Below are positions 42,927-52,777 of a DNA stretch of 64,000 bases, piece after piece. Position 1 is the stretch's first letter. The number at the start of each line of letters is the position of its first letter. The stretch is taken from contig JANRLD010000002.1 of NCBI GenBank assembly GCA_033762915.1, positions 32,168 through 96,167 of the forward strand, in the 5' to 3' direction. Made by a program: the position numbers and the translations under genes. Origin of the DNA: Meiothermus sp. Lineage in GTDB: Bacteria > Deinococcota > Deinococci > Deinococcales > Thermaceae. A model generated the notes under the pieces. It was given only the letters and a program-made list of their open reading frames with translations. It was not told the origin of the DNA and ran no database searches.

Positions 42927-43358
42927 TTACTGCCCCAACTGCGCCAACACCCGCTCCACCGAGCGCTCGAAGGCCACCTGGGCCATGCGCCTTAGGGCCT
43001 GCCCGCCCCACTTCTCGCCCTGCGGCAGCTCGGCGTGAACCCGCAGCGAAAGCTCGTAACCGATTCCGCCCCCCTCGAGCCGCCCAGCGCCAGAAAGCTC
43101 CGCCCAGAACGGCGGGTTGGGCTCCAAGATCACCGCCTCGAGCCGGGCCCGGTCGTCCCCCTCGGGCCGGATCAGGCTCTTAAAGGGGAAGCGAATCTCC
43201 CCCAGCAGCGGCACCTCTGCCGCCAGCTCGCCGGACAGCTCGAGCCCGTCGCGCTCGAGGGCCCCGAACGGCGGCTTGCCCGCGAAGACCTTTTCGGGCG
43301 TGAGCAGGTGCTCGGGTGGCTCGGGGAGGTGGAGCTGGAAGGATTTTTCTAGGGTCAT
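42927..43358 (-). CDS. DUF3809-like protein (Thermus/Deinococcus type)
   Basis: FPF.S, EKWGG.A..RM...AFER. Confidence 0.65.
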   Translation of the reverse strand: MTLEKSFQLHLPEPPEHLLTPEKVFAGKPPFGALERDGLELSGELAAEVPLLGEIRFPFKSLIRPEGDDRARLEAVILEPNPPFWAELSGAGRLEGGGIGYELSLRVHAELPQGEKWGGQALRRMAQVAFERSVERVLAQLGQ

Positions 43359-43422
43359 AAGGGGTAGGGGGCGGGAGCCAGTAGGCGGAGGTAAGGACGG
43401 GCTTCTGCGGCCTCTCCCCCCC

Positions 43423-43659
43423 TCACTTCACCCACTCGATGCGAATCTTGCCCGCGTCTTTGAGGGCGCTGATCTCCTCGTCGGAGGCGTTGTGCAGCTT
43501 GGGGAGGTGGCTGAACTCCGAGGCCGCCCCGGCGAACCCCACCCGCACCACCAGCATCTCCTCGTTCTCGGCCTTGCCGATGCGCCAGACCAGGTGGTTG
43601 CCCAGGCGCTCATCGAGGTCCTTGAGCGGGCTGTTCTCGGCCTGCGTAAGCTCGTCCAT
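43423..43659 (-). CDS. DUF3248-like protein
   Basis: LG.HLVWRIGK.E.EE.LVVRVG.A...F..LP.L. Confidence 0.7.
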   Translation of the reverse strand: MDELTQAENSPLKDLDERLGNHLVWRIGKAENEEMLVVRVGFAGAASEFSHLPKLHNASDEEISALKDAGKIRIEWVK

Positions 43660-43777
43660 CGGCTATAGGGTACAGGAGCCGGGGGAAAGAGAAAAGAGGA
43701 AGGAGCAGAAGAACGCACGCGCATCCAGCCTTCCGCTTCCCCTTTTCTCCTTCCCCCTTCCTCTATATGCTCTGGGG

Positions 43778-44488
43778 GTGGAAGCCATCATCCTGGCGGG
43801 CGGGAAGGCCGACGAACCCCTGGCACTCAAGTACGGCGTGGCGAACAAGACGCTGGTGCCGTACAAGGGGCGGCCCCTGGTGGAGTACACCCTCGAGGCG
43901 CTCTCCGCCGCCGGACTCGAGGTGATCCTGGTGGGGCCGAGGGCCGATCTGCGGCCCGCCCCGGCCCGGTTCGTGGCGGCCGCGGGCGGGATGATCGACA
44001 ACCTCGAGGCGGGCATCCGGGCCGCGCAGGGCCGAAAAGTGCTGGTTTCGACCGGGGATATGCCCTTCCTGGGCGTGGAGGCGGTGCGCTGGGTCTTGCA
44101 CAACGCTCCGCAGGCCGGATTCGTCTACACGGTGGTTGCCCAAGACACCATCGAGCGGCGCTTCCCCAAAATGCGCCGCACCTATGCCCGCATCAGGGAA
44201 GGCTCCTTCACCGGGGGCAACATCGTGGTGGTTGACAAGAACCTGTTCTTCACCGCCCTGCCGCTGCTAAAACGCGCCGTCGCACTGCGGAAACAGCCTC
44301 TGGCCCTGGCCCAGATGATCGGCCTCGGCACCCTGCTGAGCGTCATCCTGGGCCGCGCCACCATCCCCGGCCTCGAGGCCAAGGTCTCGCAACTGCTGGG
44401 CGTCCCGGCTCGAGCCCTCGTCACCCCCTTTGCCGAGGTCGGGGTGGACCTGGATAAGGAGGGGGACCTGGCGTGGCTGGAGGGATAG
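43778..44488 (+). CDS. MobA-like nucleotidyltransferase family protein
   Basis: AIILAGG, K.LVPY.GRP, GDMP, DLDK..DL; GTG lies 6 nt after TATGCT. Confidence 0.85.
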   Translation: MEAIILAGGKADEPLALKYGVANKTLVPYKGRPLVEYTLEALSAAGLEVILVGPRADLRPAPARFVAAAGGMIDNLEAGIRAAQGRKVLVSTGDMPFLGVEAVRWVLHNAPQAGFVYTVVAQDTIERRFPKMRRTYARIREGSFTGGNIVVVDKNLFFTALPLLKRAVALRKQPLALAQMIGLGTLLSVILGRATIPGLEAKVSQLLGVPARALVTPFAEVGVDLDKEGDLAWLEG

Positions 44489-44615
44489 AGGGAGGGAGTC
44501 GCAAGATAGTCGGGTTTGAGCCGCCGCAACAAACTCCGCGGCGGGAGCGTCTGTTGGCCTCGCTCCGCCCTTGCCTGTCCTCTCTACTTCCTTCAATTCT
44601 GTACAATCTCACCCG

Positions 44616-45809
44616 ATGAGCACCCCCTTCGGCCACGCCATGCGGGCGCACTTTCCCCTCGAGCCCCAGACCCTCTACCTTAACCACGGCACCGTGGGGG
44701 TCACGCCCTGGCGGGTGCTGGCGGCGCAGCAGGCCCTCCGGCAGGAGATGGAGCGGCAGCCCGCCCGCTTCGTGTTGCGCGAGTTAAGCAGCCAGAGCCC
44801 GGGGGTTCCTGCCCACAAGCCCCGGCTGCGGGTCGCGGCGGACGCGGTGGCGGCCTACCTGGGGGGCAGGGGAGAGGACCTGGTGTTCGTGGACAACGCC
44901 ACCACCGGCATCAACGCTGTGCTGCGCTCGCTGCCCTTCGGTCCGGGCGACGAGATCGTGGTACCCGACCTGGCGTACGGGGCGGTCATCAACACCGCCC
45001 GGTACGTGGCCAGGGAGCGTGGGGCCACCCTGGTGACGGCAGAGCTGCCTTTTCCCGTTGCCGACTCTTGCAAGGTTGTGGAGGCCCTCGAGGCCGCCCT
45101 CACCCCGCGCACCAGGCTCGTGATCGTGGATCACATCACCGCCGAGACCGCGCTGCTGCTGCCCTTGGAGGCCATCGTCGCCTTGTGCAAGTCCAAAGGT
45201 GTGCCGGTGCTGGTCGACGGGGCGCACGCACCCGGGGCAATTCCGCTCAACCTCGAGCGCATCGGTGCAGACTACTACGTGGGTAACCTGCATAAGTGGG
45301 CCTTCGCGCCGAGGGGCAGCGGATTTCTTTGGGCTAAGCCGGAGCGCCAAGCGGGGCTGCACCCCACCGTGATCTCCTGGGGCCTGGATAACGGGTTCAC
45401 CCAGGAGTTCGACTGGCTGGGCACCAAAGACCCCACCCCCTTCCTTGCCGCGCCCGAGGGCATCGCCTTCATCCGCGACCTGGGCGAGGACGCCATGCGC
45501 GGGTACAACCAGGCCCTGGCCTGGGAAGCCGCCCACTGGCTGAGTGAGCGCCTGGGCACCGGGTTCGCCGTCCCCCGCAGCATGACCGGCTGCCTGGTTT
45601 CGGTTCCGCTCCCCGTGAAGTTTGGCTCGAGCCCCGACCATGCCGCCCGGCTCAAGGACGCCCTCCTCTTCGACCACCACATCGAAATCCCCGTCCTCTC
45701 GGTGCGCGGCCGGCTCTACGCCCGCATCTCGGCCCAGGTCTATAACGAGATGGCCGACCTGGAGCGGCTCGAGGGGGCGCTGAACTCGCTGGTGAGGGCG
45801 GCGGGCTGA
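44616..45809 (+). CDS. Class V PLP enzyme (isopenicillin N epimerase / C-S lyase-like)
   Basis: YLNHGTVG, NATTG, DGAH, NLHKW, GTKD, RISAQVYN. Confidence 0.85.
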   Translation: MSTPFGHAMRAHFPLEPQTLYLNHGTVGVTPWRVLAAQQALRQEMERQPARFVLRELSSQSPGVPAHKPRLRVAADAVAAYLGGRGEDLVFVDNATTGINAVLRSLPFGPGDEIVVPDLAYGAVINTARYVARERGATLVTAELPFPVADSCKVVEALEAALTPRTRLVIVDHITAETALLLPLEAIVALCKSKGVPVLVDGAHAPGAIPLNLERIGADYYVGNLHKWAFAPRGSGFLWAKPERQAGLHPTVISWGLDNGFTQEFDWLGTKDPTPFLAAPEGIAFIRDLGEDAMRGYNQALAWEAAHWLSERLGTGFAVPRSMTGCLVSVPLPVKFGSSPDHAARLKDALLFDHHIEIPVLSVRGRLYARISAQVYNEMADLERLEGALNSLVRAAG

Positions 45810-45885
45810 GGCTGAGGGACCCGGCCCCGAAAACCGCAGGTCTCCAGTATCCTGTTTTTACCGCCCTTCGCCGGCCTCACATCCC

Positions 45886-46689
45886 ATGATCGACCTCCGC
45901 ATCACCCGCCGAACCTTCGCCAAGCTGGCCGTGGCGCTGGGCCTGGGAAGGGCCGCACAGCCCGACCCCGGCCGCGTCCGAATGCTGGTGCTGGGGGACT
46001 GGGGGATGGACACGCCGCACCGCGCGGCGATCGCCAAGGCCATGCGGGAGGCCCACCGTCGGCAGCCCTTCGAGGCCATCCTGACCCTGGGCGACAACTT
46101 CTACCCCCGCGGCGTGCCCGTCCGCCGCTTTGTGGAGGAGCTGCCCGAGTTGCGCTTCTACCCCACCTTCGGCAACCACGACATTACCGAGCTGGACAGG
46201 CAGTTCGCACTGTTCGGGGTGAACCGGCCCCAGTACACCGTGCGGCGGGGCGCACTCGAGGTCTTCGTGGTCTACTCCGAGGCCTTTACCTACGCCCAGC
46301 GGGACTGGCTCGAGGCCGCCCTGGCCGCCTCTTCCGCCACCTGGAAGGTCGTCTCCCTACACCGCCCGATCTACTCCTCCAACCTCTACGGCGGCTTTCG
46401 CGGCGTGCGCCGGCTGATCCTGCCGCTGCTGCAGACCTACCGCGTCGATCTGGTGCTGGCGGGCCACGACCACTGCTATGAGCGCCTGGAGGTAGGCGGG
46501 GTGACCTACGTCATTTCGGGCGGGGGTGGCGCGACCATCCGCAACTTCTTCTGGACCAAGGAGGGCAGCCGGGTGCGCGAGGCGGTGCCGAACTTTCTGA
46601 GCCTCGAGGCCGCCGAGACCGGGATGCAGGTCACAGCCTTCAACGAGCGAAACGAAATCCTGGACCAGCGGGTTTGGCAGAAGGGGTAG
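45886..46689 (+). CDS. Tat-exported metallophosphoesterase (purple acid phosphatase-like)
   Basis: TRRTF signal; GDWG, GDNFY, GNHD, GHDH, SGGGG. Confidence 0.88.
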   Translation: MIDLRITRRTFAKLAVALGLGRAAQPDPGRVRMLVLGDWGMDTPHRAAIAKAMREAHRRQPFEAILTLGDNFYPRGVPVRRFVEELPELRFYPTFGNHDITELDRQFALFGVNRPQYTVRRGALEVFVVYSEAFTYAQRDWLEAALAASSATWKVVSLHRPIYSSNLYGGFRGVRRLILPLLQTYRVDLVLAGHDHCYERLEVGGVTYVISGGGGATIRNFFWTKEGSRVREAVPNFLSLEAAETGMQVTAFNERNEILDQRVWQKG

Positions 46690-46755
46690 GCGGGAGTGCG
46701 GGGAGGGCCTGGGGTTGTGCATTGCCCCACGCTTCCCTCCTGCTACGCTGTACCC

Positions 46756-47226
46756 ATGAACCTGTATCTTGTTCGCCACGCCGCCGCCGAGGACGCTCGG
46801 GAAGGCCAGACCGACGACCAGCGGGCGCTAACCGGAGAGGGCATAGAGAAGTTCAGGGGGGTGGTGAGGGGGCTCAGTCGCCTCGAGGTGCGCTTCGACC
46901 GGCTGTACCACAGCCCCAAGCTGCGGGCGGTGCAGACGGCGGAGCTGTTGACGGGTCTGCTCGAGGGCGAGTCGGAGGTCACCCCGAACCTGGCGGCCCC
47001 CCCCAGCCCCCAGCTGCTCGAGCAGTTGCGGGGCGAGCGGGTCGCGCTGGTGGGCCACGAGCCCTGGCTGGGCGAGCTGTGCGCCTGGCTGCTGACCGGC
47101 GAGATGGGCGGGGCCGCCTTCGCCTTCAAGAAGGGCGGCGTGGCTTGGCTCGAGGGCAGCCCCGCCCCCGGCGGGATGAAGCTGCTGGCGTTTCTGCCGC
47201 CCAAGGTGCTCCGCTCAGCCCACTGA
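46756..47226 (+). CDS. sixA: SixA-like phosphohistidine phosphatase
   Basis: LYLVRHA, SP.LRA.QTA, VGHEP. Confidence 0.88.
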   Translation: MNLYLVRHAAAEDAREGQTDDQRALTGEGIEKFRGVVRGLSRLEVRFDRLYHSPKLRAVQTAELLTGLLEGESEVTPNLAAPPSPQLLEQLRGERVALVGHEPWLGELCAWLLTGEMGGAAFAFKKGGVAWLEGSPAPGGMKLLAFLPPKVLRSAH

Positions 47227-47414
47227 CCTCGGATGGGCCGCTTGGGTGAGGTTGGCACGCCCCGGACGGCGGCTTCGGTTGGGGTATCCGCAGGAGCCGA
47301 GATGCGACCTGGGATGCTCGTGGCGCCCGTGGAGTTGATTCCGGCAGAGCCAACCCGCCAAAAGCCCGAAGGATTTCAGGCCAAAGTTTCCCCCGAGCCA
47401 AACCCGGTGCCCTA

Positions 47415-47512
47415 GAGCGGTTCCCCCGCATACTCCCTACGGCGCTAAAGCGGGCGGTTTTTGCTGAGTACATTACCTGCCGCCGCGAGGGAGGTAAGGG
47501 TGGGAACCGCGA
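47415..47512. mobile_element. MITE family A copy (TA duplicated)
   Basis: TA-GAGCGGTTCCC...GGGAACCGCGA-TA. Confidence 0.85.
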
Positions 47513-47546
47513 TAAGGATATTCGGGGGCCGGCGGGTGCCAAAGCT

Positions 47547-47587
47547 ATGTGCCCTGGTACAAGCACCGTGCTTGCACCAGGGCACAT
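47547..47587. repeat. Inverted doublet of a 20-nt REP-like unit
   Basis: ATGTGCCCTGGTACAAGCAC-C-GTGCTTGCACCAGGGCACAT; single unit recurs at 55750..55769. Confidence 0.75.
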
Positions 47588-47637
47588 CTATGGCGGGCCT
47601 TTCAGGATGGCACTCCGTCCTTCAGCTAGGCAGACTC

Positions 47638-48045
47638 CTAACTCCTACCTAGGCGGGTCAGGAAGTAGAGCGCCAGCCCCGCCACCACCACGTGCATCAG
47701 CTCGAGGCTCACGATCATTCCTGCGGGCGCTCCGGGCAGGTTGAAGGGGCCGAATAACGTCAGCACAAACACCACCGCTGCCACGATGTAGAAGACCCGG
47801 TTGGGGTCGCGGGCGAAGCGCACGCACAGCCAGTAGGCGACCGCCGCCCCCAGGCTCCCAATCACCGAGGCCAGAACCACCGGCACGATGGAGAGAGGCT
47901 GCCCTGCGGGCGTAATGACGCTGCTGGGGAAAAAGCCCATCGCGTTGCCGATCAGGTAAATGACCGCGTTGACCGCTGCCGCGATCACCGCCACCGTGAT
48001 GCCCGCCTGGGCGATCTGAGCCACCGAAGTCCTTTGTGCGACCAT
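47638..48045 (-). CDS. Small 4-TM membrane protein (DUF6069-like)
   Basis: Hydrophobic; P.RVF, L.LMH.V motif. Confidence 0.7.
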   Translation of the reverse strand: MVAQRTSVAQIAQAGITVAVIAAAVNAVIYLIGNAMGFFPSSVITPAGQPLSIVPVVLASVIGSLGAAVAYWLCVRFARDPNRVFYIVAAVVFVLTLFGPFNLPGAPAGMIVSLELMHVVVAGLALYFLTRLGRS

Positions 48046-48083
48046 ACATCCTCCCTATCTTTCGAACCTTTGAACCGGCCTGA

Positions 48084-48174
48084 GAGCGGTTCCCCCGCAT
48101 ACGTCCTACAGCGGTTTTTGCTGGAGGGGGTACATTACCTGCCGCCGCGAGGGAGGTAAGGGTGGGAAACGCGA
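48084..48174. mobile_element. MITE family A copy (TGA duplicated)
   Basis: TGA-GAGCGG...AACGCGA-TGA. Confidence 0.88.
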
Positions 48175-48271
48175 TGAGCGCCTGTGCGGATGCGAACTGC
48201 TCGAGGCGTCGACTCGGCCTGCCACAAACCCGCACCCCTCTTTGACGCCCTTCTTCTACAAGATATTCCTT

Positions 48272-48294
48272 TATACTTCATTTTGTCAAGTATA
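48272..48294. promoter_or_regulatory. Putative HxlR/DUF24 operator TATACTT-N9-AAGTATA
   Basis: Inverted repeat in the AT-rich divergent spacer. Confidence 0.6.
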
Positions 48295-48353
48295 GCTTTT
48301 TTCTTTGTACATTAAAAATAATCCCGAGAACCTGTTTGTGCTACCCTAGAGCT

Positions 48354-48737
48354 GTGACCGAGGAGCGCACCCACCCCAGTCCCCAGCAGCTCGCCTTGTT
48401 CCACAGCATGGCGGTGCTCCAGGAGAGGTGGGTGCTGTTCATCTTGTGGCAGCTCCTGGAGGCCGACGGCCCGATGGGGTTTAATGAGTTGACCCGCCGC
48501 GCCCCGGTCAACGCCACCACCCTCGCCACCCGTTTGGACTTGCTCGAGCGCGAGGGTATGGTGAGCCGCACGGTTCACTCCACCATCCCCCCCAAGACCA
48601 GCTACGCCCTCACCGAAAAGGGCCAGGCCCTGGGCCCGGTATTCCAGGCCATCCGCCGCTGGGCCGAGGCCTTTCCTCCCAGCCCCGACCACCCGCCCGA
48701 CTGTGGCACCGAGGAACTGGGCAAGGGCAAGCTGTAG
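48354..48737 (+). CDS. HxlR/DUF24 winged-helix regulator
   Basis: RW...IL..L, FNEL, L..RL..LE..G.V.R, PP...Y.LT.KG. Confidence 0.88.
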   Translation: MTEERTHPSPQQLALFHSMAVLQERWVLFILWQLLEADGPMGFNELTRRAPVNATTLATRLDLLEREGMVSRTVHSTIPPKTSYALTEKGQALGPVFQAIRRWAEAFPPSPDHPPDCGTEELGKGKL

Positions 48738-48861
48738 CGCGGGCAGCCCGACCGTTTGCAGCGCACTCCGTAGGGCCTTGGCATGCCAGGGCCTTACTCA
48801 ACTCAGACTTGTTTTTGTAAGACTTTATAATATATAGCGATTCATGGAGTATACTTACGCC

Positions 48862-49638
48862 ATGACCGCACCTATCCCGACCACCCTCGAGTTGCAGGGC
48901 CTGACCCTCCGCGTTCGTGACCTCGAGGCCCAACTGAGCTTTTACCGCGACCTGCTGGGCCTCGAGGTCGTCGGCAGCAAGGGCCGCCAGACCGACCTGG
49001 CTCCGGCCGGGCGGGGCTTCACCCTTACCCTCGAGCACGACCCCGCCGCCCCGCTCCGGCCGCAGCCCACCCTGGGGCTGTACCATTTCGCCCTGCTGCT
49101 GCCCAATCGTCAAGCGTTGGCGGCGATTTTTCGCCGGTTGGTCGAGGCGCAGTACCCCCACTTCCAGGGGGCCTCGGATCACGCCGTCTCGGAGGCGCTC
49201 TACCTGAGCGACCTCGAGGGCAACGGCATCGAACTCTACCGCGACCGCCCCCGTGCCCAGTGGCCCTACTGGGACGGAAAGCTGGCCATGGGCAGCGAGC
49301 GCATGGACTTGCAGGCCTTGTTAAGGGAGTCCGAGGGCGGCACCCTCGACCCCCAAACCACCTTCGGGCACCTGCACCTACACGTGGGCGACCTCGAACC
49401 CGCCCAGGACTTCTTCGAGGGGCTGGGAATGCGGCTTACCCAGGGCGATTATCCCGGCGCCCGCTTCCTCGCCGCCGACGGCTACCACCACCAGATCGGT
49501 ATCAACCTCTGGGCCAGGGGACGCACCGCGCCCCACGAGTCCACCGGGCTGACCGCCTACAGCCTCGGCATTGAGGGTCGCTCGGCGGAGACGTTGCTCG
49601 ACCCGAACGGGGCTGCGGTGAGTGTGCGGGCGTTGTAG
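48862..49638 (+). CDS. VOC family protein (CatE-like ring-cleavage dioxygenase)
   Basis: GLYHFALL, SDHAVSEALYL.D.EGNGIELYRDRP, GHLHL, GYHHQIG.N.W. Confidence 0.88.
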   Translation: MTAPIPTTLELQGLTLRVRDLEAQLSFYRDLLGLEVVGSKGRQTDLAPAGRGFTLTLEHDPAAPLRPQPTLGLYHFALLLPNRQALAAIFRRLVEAQYPHFQGASDHAVSEALYLSDLEGNGIELYRDRPRAQWPYWDGKLAMGSERMDLQALLRESEGGTLDPQTTFGHLHLHVGDLEPAQDFFEGLGMRLTQGDYPGARFLAADGYHHQIGINLWARGRTAPHESTGLTAYSLGIEGRSAETLLDPNGAAVSVRAL

Positions 49639-49790
49639 TCACACGCGGAGGTTTTTCGGCGCCGCACGCGAGGCGCGGGCGGCACTACGGTCGCCGGGGG
49701 CCAGAGCCAAAAGCCCATGCCTCAATCATCCGCGCCGCCTCTGCGCCTGCCTTGTGCTTCCCCTCGAGCCCGGAGTAGATTGACTCGGGC

Positions 49791-51134
49791 ATGGGCAAGC
49801 TCCGCAGGGACGATTTTGGCAAGGATTTTGTCTGGGGGGTGGCGACGGCCTCGTACCAGATTGAGGGGGCTGTGCGGGAGGACGGGCGCTCGCCCTCGAT
49901 CTGGGACACCTTCTCGCACACGCCGGGTAAGGTCAAGGGCGGGGGCAACGGCGACCAGGCCTGCGACTTCTACCACCGCTACCGCGAGGACTTGGCCTTC
50001 GTAAAGCAGATGAACATGCGGGCCAACCGCTTCTCGCTGGCCTGGCCGCGCATCCTCCCCGAGGGCACCGGGAAGGTTAACCCCAAAGGGCTGGACTTCT
50101 ACCAGCGGGTCATTGACCGCACCCTCGAGCTGGGCCTCGAGCCCTGGGTCACCCTCTACCACTGGGACCTCCCGCAGGTGCTCGAGGATAGGGGCGGTTG
50201 GACGAGCCGCGACATTGTGGGCTGGTTCTGCGAGTACGCCGAGGTTTGCACCAGGGCCTTCGGCGACCGGGTTAAGCACTGGATGGTGCTCAACGAGCCC
50301 TCGGTCTTCACCGTGCTGGGCTACATGCAGGGCCTCCACGCGCCCGGCCGCCGGGGCTTCGCGCAGTGGCTGCCCGCCATTCACCACGCCGCGCTGGCTC
50401 AGGCCGAGGGCGGGCGGATCGTGCGGGCCAACGTAAAGGGGGCGGCGGTCGGCACCACCTTCTCTTCGTCGTACGTGCAGCCGATCAACAGCCTGCCGTG
50501 GCACCGAGGCGCGGCGGCCCGCTATGACGCGATTGCCAACCGGCTCTTCCTCGAGCCCGCCCTGGGGCTGGGTTACCCCATCCGCACCTTTCCCTTCTTG
50601 CAGCCCATCACCCGCCACTTCCACCCAGGAGACGAGAAGCGGCTGGCCTTTGACTTCGACTTCATCGGCCTGCAAACCTACTTCCGGATGCTGGTGCGTT
50701 TCAGCCCGACCGACATGGGCAGCTTCGCCCGCGAGGTACCCCACCGTGTGCGCACCCAAGAGCCCCTAACCGAGATGGGCTGGGAGGTCTACCCGCCCAA
50801 CATCTACCACTTGCTCAAGCAGTTCGCTGCCTACAAGGGCGTCCGGCGCATCATCGTCACCGAGAACGGCGCGGCCTACGCCGACGAGGTGAGGAACGGG
50901 CGGGTACACGACCCCTTGCGCCTCGCCTACATCCGGGCCAACCTCGAGCAGGTCCTGCGGGCCAAGCGGGAGGGTGTGAACGTGGGTGGCTACCTCTGCT
51001 GGAGCCTGATGGACAACTTCGAGTGGGCCGAGGGCTACCGCCCGCGCTTCGGGCTGGTCTACGTGGACTACACCAGCCAGCGCCGTATTCTGAAGGACTC
51101 GGGGCGGTGGTTTGCGGAGTTTTTGGCCGGATAG
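49791..51134 (+). CDS. GH1 beta-glucosidase
   Basis: WGVATASYQIEG, TLYHWDLP, NEP, TENG, DNFEWAEG. Confidence 0.95.
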   Translation: MGKLRRDDFGKDFVWGVATASYQIEGAVREDGRSPSIWDTFSHTPGKVKGGGNGDQACDFYHRYREDLAFVKQMNMRANRFSLAWPRILPEGTGKVNPKGLDFYQRVIDRTLELGLEPWVTLYHWDLPQVLEDRGGWTSRDIVGWFCEYAEVCTRAFGDRVKHWMVLNEPSVFTVLGYMQGLHAPGRRGFAQWLPAIHHAALAQAEGGRIVRANVKGAAVGTTFSSSYVQPINSLPWHRGAAARYDAIANRLFLEPALGLGYPIRTFPFLQPITRHFHPGDEKRLAFDFDFIGLQTYFRMLVRFSPTDMGSFAREVPHRVRTQEPLTEMGWEVYPPNIYHLLKQFAAYKGVRRIIVTENGAAYADEVRNGRVHDPLRLAYIRANLEQVLRAKREGVNVGGYLCWSLMDNFEWAEGYRPRFGLVYVDYTSQRRILKDSGRWFAEFLAG

Positions 51135-51205
51135 TTCGCCACCGCATGCGCGGTGAAGCGGTAGGCGGGGCGGAACACCCTGCTTTACGGCGGTAACTTC
51201 GCCCA

Positions 51206-51267
51206 TCGCGGTTCCCGGTACCCGGCACTACAAACACCGCCGCAAAAAGTATGGGTGGGAACCGCTC
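51206..51267. mobile_element. Short MITE-A-superfamily derivative
   Basis: TCGCGGTTCCC...GTATGGGTGGGAACCGCTC. Confidence 0.6.
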
Positions 51268-51422
51268 CAGAAGCTTCTGTGGCACGCCCTCGTGGACCCC
51301 GCCTGATGGTCTACTCCCGAAGCTCATGAAGCTCATAGCGAAGCCTTCCCGAGCGGCGCCCAAGACCAGGACCCGGCAGTTTGCCGGCAGCAAAGTCGGA
51401 GCGTCTCGAGGTTCATCCTGAT

Positions 51423-51451
51423 TTGACAATTAGGCCCTCCCCTTGTACCGT
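51423..51451 (+). promoter_or_regulatory. Sigma70 promoter TTGACA-17-TACCGT
   Basis: Read directly; predicted start site falls at about the ATG at 51459. Confidence 0.75.
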
Positions 51452-51458
51452 GGTGGCA

Positions 51459-51488
51459 ATGGTTTGGTATACCACCACCACTACCTAG
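51459..51488 (+). CDS. Putative threonine leader peptide MVWYTTTTT
   Basis: ATG GTT TGG TAT ACC ACC ACC ACT ACC TAG upstream of asd, followed by a hairpin and a terminator. Confidence 0.75.
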   Translation: MVWYTTTTT

Positions 51489-51518
51489 GCGACAGCTATC
51501 CGTTTTAGCTGTCGCTCG

Positions 51519-51544
51519 ACCTGCCTAAACCGGCAGGTTTTTTG
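51519..51544 (+). terminator. Attenuator terminator upstream of asd
   Basis: ACCTGCC-TAAACC-GGCAGGT-TTTTT. Confidence 0.8.
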
Positions 51545-51609
51545 TTGGAACAATCCTCAAGCACCTCGCGGTGGGACGGGGAAAGAACCAGGTCGAAAGG
51601 AGTTTGTTC

Positions 51610-52608
51610 ATGAAAGTAGCCATTGCGGGAGCCACAGGGGCCGTCGGTCAGGAACTTCTCAAGGTGCTCGAGCAGCGCAACTTCCCGGTTTCGGAGCTGC
51701 GGCTGTACGCCTCGAGCCGCTCTGCCGGGAAGGCCATGAGATTCCGGGGCAAGGAGGTCGTGATCGAGGCGCTGCCCGAGACCCCGCTGCCGGTGGACGT
51801 GGTGCTGGCCAGCGCGGGGGGCAGCATCTCCAAGCAGTACGCCCCCATCTGGGCGCAGAAGTCGGTGGTGATCGACAACTCTTCGGCCTTCCGCTATGAC
51901 CCCGAGGTGCCCCTGATCGTCCCCGAGGTCAACGCGCAGGCCGTCAAGGGGCACAAGAACATCATCGCCAATCCCAACTGCACCACTGCCATCCTGGTGA
52001 TGGGGCTCTACCCGCTGCACCAGGCTTTTAAGGCCAGGCGGGTGATCGTGAGCACCTATCAGTCGTCTTCGGGGGCGGGGGCCAGCGGGATGGAGGAGTT
52101 GCTCGAGGGCACCCGGCAGTGGTTGGCGGGCGAGCCAGTGGTCAATCAGGTCTTTGCCCACCCGCTGCCCTTCAACGTCATCCCGCACATCGACAGCTTC
52201 CAGGACAACGGCTACACCAAGGAGGAGATGAAGGTGCTTTGGGAAACCCAGAAGATCATGGGTGACCCAGAGGTGAGGGTCTCCTGCACGGCGGTGCGTG
52301 TGCCCACCTTGCGCGTCCACTCCGAGGCGGTCACGGTGGAGTTCGAGCGCCCCGTGAGCGTCGAGGCGGCCAGAGAGGTGCTGGCCCAGGCCCCCGGCGT
52401 GGATCTGGTCGACGATCCCGCCGCCAAGCGCTACCCGCTGCCCCACACCGCCACTGGCAAGTACAACGTGGAAGTCGGGCGCGTTCGCAAGAACCTGGTC
52501 TTCGACAATGGGCTGGACTTCTTTGTCTCGGGCGACCAGCTCCTCAAGGGCGCGGCCCTCAACGCAGTGCAGATCGCCGAACTGCTGCTCGAGCCGGTTG
52601 CCGGATAA
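51610..52608 (+). CDS. asd: Aspartate-semialdehyde dehydrogenase
   Basis: [45 protein letters not shown]. Confidence 0.97.
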   Translation: MKVAIAGATGAVGQELLKVLEQRNFPVSELRLYASSRSAGKAMRFRGKEVVIEALPETPLPVDVVLASAGGSISKQYAPIWAQKSVVIDNSSAFRYDPEVPLIVPEVNAQAVKGHKNIIANPNCTTAILVMGLYPLHQAFKARRVIVSTYQSSSGAGASGMEELLEGTRQWLAGEPVVNQVFAHPLPFNVIPHIDSFQDNGYTKEEMKVLWETQKIMGDPEVRVSCTAVRVPTLRVHSEAVTVEFERPVSVEAAREVLAQAPGVDLVDDPAAKRYPLPHTATGKYNVEVGRVRKNLVFDNGLDFFVSGDQLLKGAALNAVQIAELLLEPVAG

Positions 52609-52777
52609 CGCCCACGCCCCGCCCGGATCAAGACACCGCCCGCCTGGAAACCTGTCTGTGACCGCCGTCAGCCGGGATTCCGTCCCCGGTCAGGTTGCCC
52701 CGGTTCCCTTCATCGGTTAGCATAGCCGCAGCCCAGACAAAGGTGGGCGGGTTTTGGGGTGCGGGGGAAACGCGGGC

